Assembly (NCBI GenBank): GCA_965363875.1
Contig: CBDTTY010000001.1
Span: 1 to 48,777, forward strand
Origin: an uncultured Anaerolineales bacterium
Lineage (GTDB): Bacteria; Chloroflexota; Anaerolineae; Anaerolineales; E44-bin32
Direction: 5' to 3'
DNA length: 48,777 bases
How positions within the stretch are numbered: position 1 is the first letter of the stretch; each line of letters opens with the position of its first letter. The notes under the pieces were generated by a model. It was given only the letters and a program-made list of their open reading frames with translations, did no database searches and had not been told where the DNA came from. Both the position numbers and the translations under genes were made by a program. Shown in pieces: positions 1-8,699 of the stretch.

Positions 1-279
1 ATTCGTTCGCGAGAGCAGGTCATCATTGGGATAGCCCCTGAGGGGACCCGCAGCAACTCAAATTATTGGAAGACAGGTTTTTACCGAATTGCACACCAAG
101 CTGCAGTTCCGATTGCTTTCGCGTTTTTAGATTATAGACGTAAAGTTGGCGGCATTGGTCCTTTGATGCAGACGACGGGTAATATCGAGGAAGACCTGAA
201 GGTGATCCGCGGTTATTACAAAGACGTCACCGCAAAGTACCCGGAGTTAGTAGGAGAGATAGCAATAAAACCAAGATAA
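1..279 (+). CDS. PlsC-type acyltransferase-like protein, C-terminal fragment (5' end outside window)
   Basis: Frame +1 is open from base 1 to TAA at 277-279. The translation IRSREQVIIGIAPEGTRSNSNYWKTGFYRIAHQAAVPIAFAFLDYRRK... contains the (A)PEGTR block typical of glycerolipid acyltransferases. It is absent from the ORF track because no start lies in the window. Confidence 0.6.
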   Translation: MRSREQVIIGIAPEGTRSNSNYWKTGFYRIAHQAAVPIAFAFLDYRRKVGGIGPLMQTTGNIEEDLKVIRGYYKDVTAKYPELVGEIAIKPR

Positions 280-366
280 GGGAATCAACTAAACGATGGA
301 GAGCATCTTCCACGAACACGTATTCTCTCTCGATGATTCAGAAAACCCCAGCCAGACAAACCTAGC

Positions 367-1362
367 TTACTTCTCGAAAATATCATGATAGCCGCGATCC
401 AACTCATCATCGGATAGATGTGCATAGCGCTGCGTAACGGCGATGTTGCGATGCCGGGCGAGCTCCTGAGCTAGCTTCAGATTGCCGCCAGAGCCACGCA
501 AAACTGTTGTAACGAAGTAATGCCGGAAAGAGTGGGGTGTGATCGTGCCTGCGGCTTCAGGACCGAGCGCTTCACTGACATGTTTGTGGACGATAGCACG
601 CCCAGTTGTCGTTGATATTGGTAATACTTTCTTCCCAGCCCCGAGATCGTGGCGGGCAAAGAGTGGGAGCGAAGACAAAGGCCGCCCGCTGCCACCGTCC
701 AGTTCGGATCTTAATCGTAGATAATCCTTCAGCGCAGCCAGAGAGCGTGATGAGAAACGCACGATCGATTCCCGATCGCCTTTACCGATCAGGACCGCTC
801 GTCCTTCATTCCAATCGATATCCGCACGGCGCAGGTTGCAGGCTTCGTGAACGCGGAGGCCTGTATCGGCGAGTGTTAGCAGGAAACCGCGGTCTCTTAG
901 ATTGCGCAGACGGTCTCGTTCATCATCAGCTGCCGAGTGGATGAGGTTATTCGCGTAGGCAATAGTAATTTCTATCTGCTTCCGCGGAAATTGGGGGAGG
1001 CGCTGACCGGGGCGGCGTCCACGACGGCGGATAAGCATTCGCATACGAGAGAGATTGATGTCGGCTAGTTCTTCAGCAACCAGGTATTCGTACCAGCCAG
1101 CGGTTGCTGTGAGATAGAGCTGTTCGCTTGCAGGCGCGTATGACTTTAGCGCAGCAGCGAAATCAGCGATCCAATCCTCCTTTGCTGCTGAGGTTTCAGT
1201 CTCAGTGGGATCAATCCCTAAACCAAAGAGCATTGCCTGGAAGGCATTAAGCGCATTGCGGTAAGTCCGGGTTGTATTTTCGCTGCGCGCAAGCGCAATT
1301 GTCCCTAAGTAATCCAGAATTGAGTCATCGATATTAATCCGCGCCACGTTTTTTTGCTCCAA
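367..1362 (-). CDS. Site-specific tyrosine recombinase (XerC/XerD-like integrase)
   Basis: 331-aa ORF with a TTG start. The N-terminal SAM-like core-binding region reads TRTYRNALNAFQAML. The C-terminal catalytic region has LADTGLRVHEA (Arg), HSFRHYFVT (His-x-x-Arg) and RYAHL (nucleophile Tyr). Confidence 0.9.
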   Translation of the reverse strand: MEQKNVARINIDDSILDYLGTIALARSENTTRTYRNALNAFQAMLFGLGIDPTETETSAAKEDWIADFAAALKSYAPASEQLYLTATAGWYEYLVAEELADINLSRMRMLIRRRGRRPGQRLPQFPRKQIEITIAYANNLIHSAADDERDRLRNLRDRGFLLTLADTGLRVHEACNLRRADIDWNEGRAVLIGKGDRESIVRFSSRSLAALKDYLRLRSELDGGSGRPLSSLPLFARHDLGAGKKVLPISTTTGRAIVHKHVSEALGPEAAGTITPHSFRHYFVTTVLRGSGGNLKLAQELARHRNIAVTQRYAHLSDDELDRGYHDIFEK

Positions 1363-1385
1363 TAGAAGATGGTACCGCTCTCTTG

Positions 1386-1423
1386 AGTATGCTTATTATA
1401 ATAGTACTTATCATAAGCATACT
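1386..1423. repeat. Perfect 11-bp inverted repeat (AGTATGCTTAT / ATAAGCATACT) with a 16-bp spacer, just upstream of the recombinase start
   Basis: Arms at 1386-1396 and 1413-1423 are exact reverse complements. The spacer contains the self-complementary ATTATAAT, which reads TATAAT on both strands, and an AGTACT palindrome. Confidence 0.8.
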
Positions 1424-1691
1424 GAATTTAGCATAAGAACTCCATTGGGTCAAGCCCCTGCCCCAGACAAACAGTTGGTTCTTTTTCGATAGCGTGTTGT
1501 GTTATTAAACTCTGAAATCTTTCATTCAGAAGGAAAGAAATGGTTTTGGATATGGAGAGCGTTGCCAGAGCTACACCCCCCTGCCCGTTTGAAGGGTCTC
1601 GGAAATGATTGATGTAACGGGATTGAAACGTAAAGAGACGCACGTATGTTCTAGGGGGGATAGTTCGGTACCCTATCAATGAATTGAAGAA

Positions 1692-2609
1692 TTATTCAAA
1701 GAGGGTATCCGCGGCTTCTACTGCAGATGATTCTGATTGAGAAGAAGAAGTGATTGCTCCGCCAAGGTGTGCACCATAAAGTATCACTAAACTGATGATG
1801 TAAAACCAAAGCATGAGCGCTACGATCGCCCCTAATGAGCCATAAACAAGTTCATAAGTGGCAATCCCGCTTGTAAGGTACCAGGTGAAGCCAGCTGAGG
1901 CGAGATCCCAGCCCAAGCCAGTCACCATGGCGCCAATGAGCGCTGCACGCCAAGGAACCTTTGTGTTTGGAGCCCAGAGAAAGAGCAGGAAGAACAAAAT
2001 AACTTTGGATGCCCATGAAAGGAAATGAGTGATGAAGGATTTGACTGGGAAAATCTCGGGTGACAAGAAAATTAGCTTTGCAGGGTCAAAGCGGGAAATG
2101 AAAGTAGAGACGGTTGAGAAGAACATATAGGCTGATAGAAGCACGATCACAATGGTTATGATCGAGAGCCCGGCAAGCCGGTTGCGAATGAAATTGCTAG
2201 GTTTTGTATCTGGCCAGGCTAGGCTTACGTTGTAGAACAAACTGGAAAAAACACCTGTCCCCGCCCAGATCAAGCCGACAAGACCGATTATGCGAACGGG
2301 TCCACGCAGGGCAATGACTTTCTGCAGGTTATCCTCGATTAAAGTCTGGGAGACGGGAAGAAAATTACCAATTAGCTCGGTAACCTGTGAAAATATGGTC
2401 TCTTCCTTGAGCACAAAACTTGCGGAAGCAATTAATGCGAGAAAGAATGGAAAGATAGAAAAAAGGGCGTAATATGCAAGGCTGGCAGCGACCGCTGCGC
2501 CACGGGCTTCTGAGAATCGCTCTAACGAGAGGGCAAGGATACCGAGCCCGCCTCGTGTCATGATGTTTAGCCGATTATATATCTGGCAGAGATATTCTTT
2601 CTTCGACAT
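1692..2609 (-). CDS. YihY/BrkB family inner-membrane protein
   Basis: 305-aa polytopic ORF. The N-terminal RFSEARGAAVAASLAYYALFSIFPFFL block is typical of the YihY (formerly 'RNase BN') family. Confidence 0.8.
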   Translation of the reverse strand: MSKKEYLCQIYNRLNIMTRGGLGILALSLERFSEARGAAVAASLAYYALFSIFPFFLALIASASFVLKEETIFSQVTELIGNFLPVSQTLIEDNLQKVIALRGPVRIIGLVGLIWAGTGVFSSLFYNVSLAWPDTKPSNFIRNRLAGLSIITIVIVLLSAYMFFSTVSTFISRFDPAKLIFLSPEIFPVKSFITHFLSWASKVILFFLLFLWAPNTKVPWRAALIGAMVTGLGWDLASAGFTWYLTSGIATYELVYGSLGAIVALMLWFYIISLVILYGAHLGGAITSSSQSESSAVEAADTLFE

Positions 2610-2714
2610 GTTTAGCTGATATATCCGCTGCGGATAGCAGAGATTATACAGCCTTCCTGGAAAATGGAAGCTATCAATTATTTGCTTCTAAATTTGTGTT
2701 TATTGAGGGGGTAA

Positions 2715-3749
2715 TTAATCGCTTGATTTGTTGGAGTTGTTAATAATCCGATGGATTTCACCCGAATCCCAGCACTTTTCCATCGCTTGCACAATGCCCG
2801 GGTCAAACTGCTTTCCTGAACCATTACGAATCTCTGTGTAGGCCACTTCAACGGGCATTGCCTGTCGGTAAGGTCGATCGGAGGTCATTGCGTCGAAGGC
2901 ATCGGCTACTGCAAGGAGCCGGGCACCCTCGGGGATTTCCTCACCGTTTAGTTGAGCAGGATAACCATTCCCATCCCAGCGTTCATGGTGATGCAAAACG
3001 AGCGGGATGGCGGGTGCAAGGTAAGGGATGTCGCGGATCATTAACGCGCCTACTTCAGGGTGTTTTCGCATCTCTACCCATTCTTCATCAGAGAGGGAAC
3101 TGTCTTTTCTCAATACCGATTCAGGTATGTAAATCTTCCCAATGTCATGCAAGATGGCGCCGAATTCAAGTATTTCAAGTCTGGCGTCATCCCATCCGAG
3201 TTGGTCAGCAAGAGCTCTTGCGTACAGGTTTAAACGCCTCATGTGTGCGTGCGTATAGGAGTCACGCGCTTCAATTGCATTTGCCAACACAAAAAGGCTG
3301 TCCCTATATGCGTGCTTAAGCTGGGCAAGCATAAGTTCGTCAGAACGCTGGAGCCGAGCACGAACGGCGGACAAGAGTTCCTGGGTTGTTACGGGCTTTG
3401 TGATGTAATCGTCAGCACCTAACGATTTGCCGGCGAAGATATCCTCACGGGTGCCCCTGGCGGTGAGGAAGATGAAAGGTATGCTAGACCCTCCCGGTTG
3501 ACGGCGAACGGCCTCAAACAATTCATAGCCATCCATTATCGGCATCGATATATCGGAAAGGATCAATGCAGGTTGGGTATGACCTAGAAGTTCCAGCGCG
3601 GCTTCCCCGTTGGAGGCTGAAATGACTTCAAAACCCGCGCCCTTGAGTACGTCCTGAAAGGCGATGAGCATCGCCGGATCATCCTCAACTACGAGGAGTT
3701 TAATCGGATCTTCCTGATGATCTGTTGAACTCGTTGTATCTTCAACCAT
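2715..3749 (-). CDS. Response regulator with HD-GYP domain (putative c-di-GMP phosphodiesterase)
   Basis: REC domain: LLVVEDDP...LILSDISMPIMDG...K. HD-GYP domain: HAHMRR, HDIGK, HHERWDGNGYP. The ATG at 3749 (MVEDTT...) is preferred over the TTG at 3770 given by the ORF track. Confidence 0.9.
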   Translation of the reverse strand: MVEDTTSSTDHQEDPIKLLVVEDDPAMLIAFQDVLKGAGFEVISASNGEAALELLGHTQPALILSDISMPIMDGYELFEAVRRQPGGSSIPFIFLTARGTREDIFAGKSLGADDYITKPVTTQELLSAVRARLQRSDELMLAQLKHAYRDSLFVLANAIEARDSYTHAHMRRLNLYARALADQLGWDDARLEILEFGAILHDIGKIYIPESVLRKDSSLSDEEWVEMRKHPEVGALMIRDIPYLAPAIPLVLHHHERWDGNGYPAQLNGEEIPEGARLLAVADAFDAMTSDRPYRQAMPVEVAYTEIRNGSGKQFDPGIVQAMEKCWDSGEIHRIINNSNKSSD

Positions 3750-3951
3750 TGACCAACCTTTACAGCACAATTATCACGTTCTATTCGCGATTCTGCTATA
3801 TGAAATTCGTACCCCCCCCTATATCATGATCTAGCCTGCCTGATTGTCTCTTGATTTCGTTTAGCAACCATGTACGCAATAGGTGAGTTTTCCTGACATT
3901 ATGTATTATGATTCCGCTTGGATTGATTAAGATTAGAAAACAGGGTATTGA

Positions 3952-5109
3952 ATGTCAAAGCGCTTGATTTCATTTCTCACGCTAGGATTAATCTTCGCCA
4001 CTCTTCTCTCATTCGCTGCTGGGTATTTTGCGCGTGAGATCTGGCCGCTTCCTACAGAACAACTGGTCCTTTTAAAGGAAGCCAGGAGACTTCTGGGGAT
4101 GCATTACCTCGACCCTCTGCCGGATGACGTGGAGCTTGAGCGGGGGATGATTCACGGAATGATGGGTGTATTACCTGATCCTTATAGCAGATATGTTGAA
4201 CCAGCTTCACACGAAATTCAAACGGACGACCTGGCAGGAGAATACGCGGGTATAGGAGCAGAAATTTCCAAAGGCGAGCAAGGCAAGTTCTACCTTGTCC
4301 CAATTGAAGGTGGACCAGCTGAAGTTGCAGGTATACTCGAAGGTGATGTCCTGCTTGCAATTGATGGCGTGTCGATTGACAAAGAAACCGCGCTTGAGTC
4401 AGTTATCACTCGTATTCGCGGACCCGAAGGTTCAGTGATCCGCTTGACAGTGGCTCCCCGGGATCCCCAGCATACCAACCTTGAGTTTGTAATCACTCGT
4501 GCCATCATCCCCCTACCCTCGGTAATGCACCACCTCCTCCCCGAAGAACAATGGGTGGGTGTTATCACCATTCGGCGCTTCAGCGAAAAAACTCCAGGTG
4601 AACTTGAGAAAGCCTATATGGAATTAATTAATCGAGAGGCTAGTTCTATCATTCTCGACTTACGGGATAATATCGGGGGTCTGCTCGATGCATCGATAGA
4701 TTCTTCACGGCTATTTCTTGAGGACGGGCTCGTCGTCGTTGAAGAGCGCAGTGGCATGGAGAGCCAGTTATTCTATGTTCACGAGAAAGGATTGGCAGCA
4801 GAGATTCCCATGGTCGTCTTGGTGAATGCCGGGACCGCGAGCGCAGCGGAAGTAGTAGCGGCGGCGCTTAAGGACAACGGCCGAGCACCATTAATTGGCG
4901 AGACTACTTTTGGCAAGGGGTCTGTGCAAGTGATTTTGGAGTTGAGCGATGGATCCAGTCTGCATGTGACGTCTGCTCGTTGGCTGACTCCCAATGGTCA
5001 CGTTATTGACAGTATAGGCCTTCTTCCGGATATCATTGTTGAACAAATAGATCCAAACGCGGATAATGGCATTGCCGTTGCTGTAGAATGGTTGCGGGAG
5101 CTTCGCTAA
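3952..5109 (+). CDS. Carboxy-terminal processing protease (peptidase S41) with PDZ domain
   Basis: 385 aa with an N-terminal TM or signal anchor. PDZ-like IEGGPAEVAGILEGDVLLAIDG. S41 catalytic region LVNAGTASAAEVVAAALKD...TFGKGSVQ. Confidence 0.9.
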   Translation: MSKRLISFLTLGLIFATLLSFAAGYFAREIWPLPTEQLVLLKEARRLLGMHYLDPLPDDVELERGMIHGMMGVLPDPYSRYVEPASHEIQTDDLAGEYAGIGAEISKGEQGKFYLVPIEGGPAEVAGILEGDVLLAIDGVSIDKETALESVITRIRGPEGSVIRLTVAPRDPQHTNLEFVITRAIIPLPSVMHHLLPEEQWVGVITIRRFSEKTPGELEKAYMELINREASSIILDLRDNIGGLLDASIDSSRLFLEDGLVVVEERSGMESQLFYVHEKGLAAEIPMVVLVNAGTASAAEVVAAALKDNGRAPLIGETTFGKGSVQVILELSDGSSLHVTSARWLTPNGHVIDSIGLLPDIIVEQIDPNADNGIAVAVEWLRELR

Positions 5110-5110
5110 G

Positions 5111-5584
5111 ATGGCCAAGAAGAAGAAGGATCCGTACAAGACAATCGCCAGGAATAAAAAGGCGGCACATGATTACGTCCTCGAGGATCGTCTTGAGGCA
5201 GGTATTGTATTGCGCGGAACTGAAATTAAATCAGCGAGGTTAGGCAATGTAAGCTTGAAGGAAGCATACGTTCAAATTTCTGAAGAAGAAGCATGGCTTG
5301 TGAATGCACATATCGCGCCATATCAGGCGGCAAGCTTGTTCAATCATGATCCTCGTCGTCGAAGGAAACTATTATTGCACCGAAGGGAAATATTACGCTT
5401 AGATGCCAAAATTCGGCAGCGTGGTTACACAGTTGTTCCGACGAGGATGTATCTGAAAAAGGGTCGTGCAAAAGTGGAGATCGCACTAGCCCGCGGGAAA
5501 CGACAGTATGATAAACGCAGAGAAATTGCAGAGAAGGATGCAGCCCGCGATATCGAGAGGTCCTTCGCGAGGAGAAAACAGTGA
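5111..5584 (+). CDS. smpB: SsrA-binding protein SmpB
   Basis: 157 aa. The sequence IARNKKAAHDYVLEDRLEAGIVLRGTEIKS...LLLHRREI...GYTVVP is canonical SmpB. The start lies 1 nt after the ctp stop. Confidence 0.95.
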   Translation: MAKKKKDPYKTIARNKKAAHDYVLEDRLEAGIVLRGTEIKSARLGNVSLKEAYVQISEEEAWLVNAHIAPYQAASLFNHDPRRRRKLLLHRREILRLDAKIRQRGYTVVPTRMYLKKGRAKVEIALARGKRQYDKRREIAEKDAARDIERSFARRKQ

Positions 5585-6366
5585 AGCCGAAATCAATCGC
5601 TTCAATTAATCAACTGCCGGAAAAGGAAAAAGAAGCCATATATACACGGTTCATTCCTAATGAACTGCTCCAGAAGTTCGAGATTCAATCGGATTTTACG
5701 GACTCTGAGGGAAGGTCACTTCTTACTCTGCGGTTTAACGAAGGCAGCACTGACGTTGTACTGGACCTGAGGCATGAATTTGGAGCCCAAGATCCTCTGC
5801 TCTACACGCATCTTACAGACACGATGAATGGTCAGATCCATGTTCTGCTTTACATTGTCAACGATCCTAACTCTCCACGCTTCGGTGTGGACAAAATGCC
5901 CGACGGAACGAAAACCGAATTTGGAGTATTCCGCAGGAATCTTGCTGAAGAGGAAAAAGCGCTTAATGCAGGTCTTGCTCCTGGTCAAGTGCGCCAGGGA
6001 TTGCGTTTACTAAAGCATGCAATCCCCGCCTTCGATGATTTCATACAGGGGCTGGGTCATGATGTATATTTCATAGATCCACTCTCTTACCACAACGCGA
6101 TCGTTTTCGAGCGGTATGGCTTTTTCTATCAAAAGGGTCGACGGTTTATGATACGGATTAATGAGGGATTCAAACCCGAATCTGACCTCTTCTTAAAATT
6201 AGATAGCTCAACGCCCTTCCGGAAGCCTGCATTTCATCGGAGTATACTGGGAAGGAGCTGGGCAATTCATGACTGTATCCTAGGGGAGCCTTATTCAGAT
6301 GTCATTATGTACAAAAAGATAGACATGAATGCCGGCCTGAATACTTTCCCTGAAGCAGAATGGTAA
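5581..6366 (+). CDS. Hypothetical protein, translationally coupled to smpB and upstream of ssrA
   Basis: 261-aa ORF with non-repetitive, globular-looking composition. Its GTG start overlaps the smpB stop (GTGA at 5581-5584). I recognise no motif. A weak GNAT-like tail (NAIVFERYGFFYQKG) is only an impression. Confidence 0.6.
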   Translation: MKPKSIASINQLPEKEKEAIYTRFIPNELLQKFEIQSDFTDSEGRSLLTLRFNEGSTDVVLDLRHEFGAQDPLLYTHLTDTMNGQIHVLLYIVNDPNSPRFGVDKMPDGTKTEFGVFRRNLAEEEKALNAGLAPGQVRQGLRLLKHAIPAFDDFIQGLGHDVYFIDPLSYHNAIVFERYGFFYQKGRRFMIRINEGFKPESDLFLKLDSSTPFRKPAFHRSILGRSWAIHDCILGEPYSDVIMYKKIDMNAGLNTFPEAEW

Positions 6367-6474
6367 AAATAATTGCGCATAGCCTTTTTGTATATAGAAG
6401 TAATAAATAATCAGTAGGTTTATTGATTAATGTGTGGCTATGCGCATTAAGCATATGCTGATTAGGATACCTTG

Positions 6475-6483
6475 TGATATACT
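6475..6483 (+). promoter_or_regulatory. Putative extended -10 promoter (TGaTATACT) for ssrA
   Basis: TG at 6475-6476 and TATACT at 6478-6483, 15 nt upstream of the mature tmRNA 5' end. This fits a short RNase P-processed leader. Confidence 0.45.
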
Positions 6484-6497
6484 GAAATTGTATCGAA

Positions 6498-6890
6498 GGG
6501 GATGAATGGTATCGACGGGGGTGGAGCGTCACAGATTGCAAACCGAGAGGCGCCGAACTCGTTAACTCAGCGCACACACAAGTGCCAATCGCACTGACTA
6601 TGCTGCTCTACCAGTAGCCGCGTAAGCGATTACATGTAGATCAGTGCTCTCCCAGGAGAGCTCGTCTCCTCAAGCTTCGCCCTAGCAGCGCGAGGAATGG
6701 CGATCAAAATGTTGGGGCTGGCAGGATTGGATCCACGACAGTTCTGTAAGAGCGGGTTTAGGCTCGCAGTGGATAGTTGAGTTGAACGTCTGTCAATCGA
6801 CGTCATCTCAGCAAAAACAAGGATTGACTATGTTTGTAGACATCTGCTGACTGAATCCTTCGGACGCGGGTTCGAATCCCGCCATCTCCA
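6498..6890 (+). ncRNA. ssrA: tmRNA (SsrA)
   Basis: The 5' GGGGATG pairs with the 3' CATCTCC, including the G3:U70 wobble that gives alanine identity. The T-arm is GCGGGTTCGAATCCCGC and the discriminator is A at 6890; CCA is not encoded. An internal tag frame, GCC AAT CGC ACT GAC TAT GCT GCT CTA CCA GTA GCC GCG TAA (6584-6625), encodes ANRTDYAALPVAA*. smpB lies 0.9 kb upstream. Confidence 0.93.
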
Positions 6891-6892
6891 CT

Positions 6893-6918
6893 AGAAGCCC
6901 CTTACGGGGCTTCTTTTT
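6893..6918 (+). terminator. Intrinsic terminator after ssrA
   Basis: AGAAGCCCC-TTAC-GGGGCTTCT hairpin followed by a T5 run. It abuts the stop codon of the convergent FHA gene. Confidence 0.8.
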
Positions 6919-7579
6919 ATGGTATGGGGTTTTCTAAACGGAAACCATGGCCCCTGACGGTTATTACATACTTACACTCTGAATCAACTTCGAAGATGCG
7001 GTCGCGTAATCGGCGAACTAAAGCATCAATCGCTTGATCGGAAACCCCTACTCCATCCGTACCGGGCCAAACATGCGAAGCAATCTCATCCCTCGTAACA
7101 ACACCCGAACTTTTATAAAGCAATTCAAGTAGCCGAAATTGCGGTGGTGAAAGAGGTGGGTCAATTTCCTGTTCGTTAACCCAGACACGATGAGCCTGAA
7201 CTTCCATTCGCAGCCGCCCGATACCAAAACGTATTGCTTCATCAACCGAAAGTGGAAGTGTCGCTTCCGAACCAATGAAATTGAGCTTGACCGCAAGAGC
7301 CACCTGGATCTCATCCCCATCTTGAAGCACAATTTCCGATTCAATACGTACACCATTCAAATGCGTATGGTTTTTACTGCATAAATCCTCGATTACGTAT
7401 CCGTCTGCTGTTCTTTTAATTCGAGCATGATGACGCGATACCTGTCTATCCAATAATACAATGTCGCAATCTTCACCTCTGCCGATAAGGAATGTCGAAT
7501 TAACCAATGGCCAACGAGTTCCTTTTAGATCGCCCTCAGGTGCTATTAAGAAAGGTGCCTCTTCCATTCGATTCTTCAT
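6917..7579 (-). CDS. FHA domain protein fused to an OmpR/PhoB-type winged-helix DNA-binding domain
   Basis: 220 aa. N-terminal FHA: FLIGRGEDCDIVLLDRQVSRHHARI...YVIEDLCSKNHTHLNG. C-terminal trans_reg_C-like: LSPPQFRLLELLYKSSGVVTRDEIASHVW...DALVRRLRDRI...ITVRGHGFRL. Confidence 0.85.
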   Translation of the reverse strand: MKNRMEEAPFLIAPEGDLKGTRWPLVNSTFLIGRGEDCDIVLLDRQVSRHHARIKRTADGYVIEDLCSKNHTHLNGVRIESEIVLQDGDEIQVALAVKLNFIGSEATLPLSVDEAIRFGIGRLRMEVQAHRVWVNEQEIDPPLSPPQFRLLELLYKSSGVVTRDEIASHVWPGTDGVGVSDQAIDALVRRLRDRIFEVDSECKYVITVRGHGFRLENPIP

Positions 7580-7715
7580 GCTTTCTTTTCAATAAGTCCA
7601 GTATCTTTATCCAGAGTATAATTCAATCGCTTTCCATGTGCATAATTTGAATACGCCAGATATTCCGCACGACTAGTATTTTCATAGGATATCTGGATGC
7701 GTTCCCGAGGTTATA

Positions 7716-8699
7716 TTGCCCGAACCGCTCAAGTCAGGTTATATCCTTAAAGACCGCTACGTCATCAAGAAGCCCATCGGTCGAGGTGGCATGGGTTCGT
7801 TATACCTTGCAGACGATAATCGTCTTGAAGGCCGCCGTTGCGCAATTAAAGAAGTTCAGCAAGATTCAGAACTTCCCTCCGATGTCTTAGAACAAGCTCG
7901 CGCTCAATTCTATCGAGAAGCGTCAGTTCTCGCCCAACTTGATCACCCCACCCTACCGAAGGTCTCTGACTATTTCTCCGATGAGGACCGAGATTATTTG
8001 GTAATGGATTATGTTCCCGGGGATGATCTAAAGACACTTATGGACCAAGCACGCAGAAAAGGCGAATTTTTGCGAATAGATGACCTTCTGACTTGGGGCA
8101 AACAGCTCGCAGATGCACTCGTATACCTTCACAACCAAGATCCGCCCGTCATTCATCGAGATATTAAACCCAGCAACTTGAAGCTCAATCAGCAAGGGTT
8201 GATCAAGCTCGTTGATTTTGGTTTGGTGAAACAATTGGTCCCAGATGAATTAACAATCACAGTTATTCAGGGTCGTGGAACTGCTTTATACACACCTTTA
8301 GAGCAGTACGGAGGAGATTCCGGTCATACAGATAAAAGGAGCGATATCTATGCGTTTGGTGCAACTTTCTACCATCTGCTGACCAACACGCCCCCACCTG
8401 AAGCGAAGCAGCGGTTCCTCATGCCCGAATCACTCCTTCCTCCGAGAGAGATCAACTCATCTATTCCCCGTAGCCTCGAGCAGGTAATCCTGAGTGCCAT
8501 GGCCCTTCATCCGGACGGAAGGCCGGATGATATGCTTTCCTTGCAGGATATACATCTTCGGGAGCACCACGTTGACCTCACGATTAACGGAGATCGCTTC
8601 TCCCAGGCGAAAGAATTGTTTCGATCTCCAGCGGATCGGCTTGTTCTGGGTGTAGCAATGGCGCTTGCGTTGATTGCAATCGTCACTTCTTTTATGTAA
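7716..8699 (+). CDS. Ser/Thr protein kinase (Hanks type) with a C-terminal transmembrane tail anchor
   Basis: 327 aa with a TTG start. Kinase motifs GRGGMGSLY, AIKEV, HRDIKPSNL, DFG and TPLEQ. The protein ends in the hydrophobic LVLGVAMALALIAIVTSFM* with no ectodomain. Confidence 0.9.
   Translation: MPEPLKSGYILKDRYVIKKPIGRGGMGSLYLADDNRLEGRRCAIKEVQQDSELPSDVLEQARAQFYREASVLAQLDHPTLPKVSDYFSDEDRDYLVMDYVPGDDLKTLMDQARRKGEFLRIDDLLTWGKQLADALVYLHNQDPPVIHRDIKPSNLKLNQQGLIKLVDFGLVKQLVPDELTITVIQGRGTALYTPLEQYGGDSGHTDKRSDIYAFGATFYHLLTNTPPPEAKQRFLMPESLLPPREINSSIPRSLEQVILSAMALHPDGRPDDMLSLQDIHLREHHVDLTINGDRFSQAKELFRSPADRLVLGVAMALALIAIVTSFM

Noticed and set aside
1428-1679. 83-aa ORF in the recombinase-yihY spacer
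   Set aside because: I found no recognisable motif and no Shine-Dalgarno. The composition is odd and the region is AT-rich. I treat it as non-coding spacer unless expression data say otherwise.
1414-6455. Shared 8-mer TAAGCATA in the recombinase-promoter repeat (1414-1421) and the ssrA-upstream palindrome (6448-6455), as a possible common operator
   Set aside because: A given 8-mer is expected about once or twice by chance in 2 x 48.8 kb. There is no further similarity around it.
6305-6577. 90-aa minus-strand ORF
   Set aside because: It runs antisense through the ssrA promoter and the 5' part of the tmRNA gene, so it is a shadow ORF.
367-6890. Integrase plus tmRNA as the boundary of an integrated island
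   Set aside because: tmRNA genes are common integration sites, but the recombinase is 5 kb away on the 5' side of ssrA. The intervening genes (yihY, the HD-GYP regulator, ctp, smpB) are housekeeping-like. I saw no duplicated copy of the ssrA 3' end that would mark an att site. A Xer-type chromosomal recombinase is more likely.
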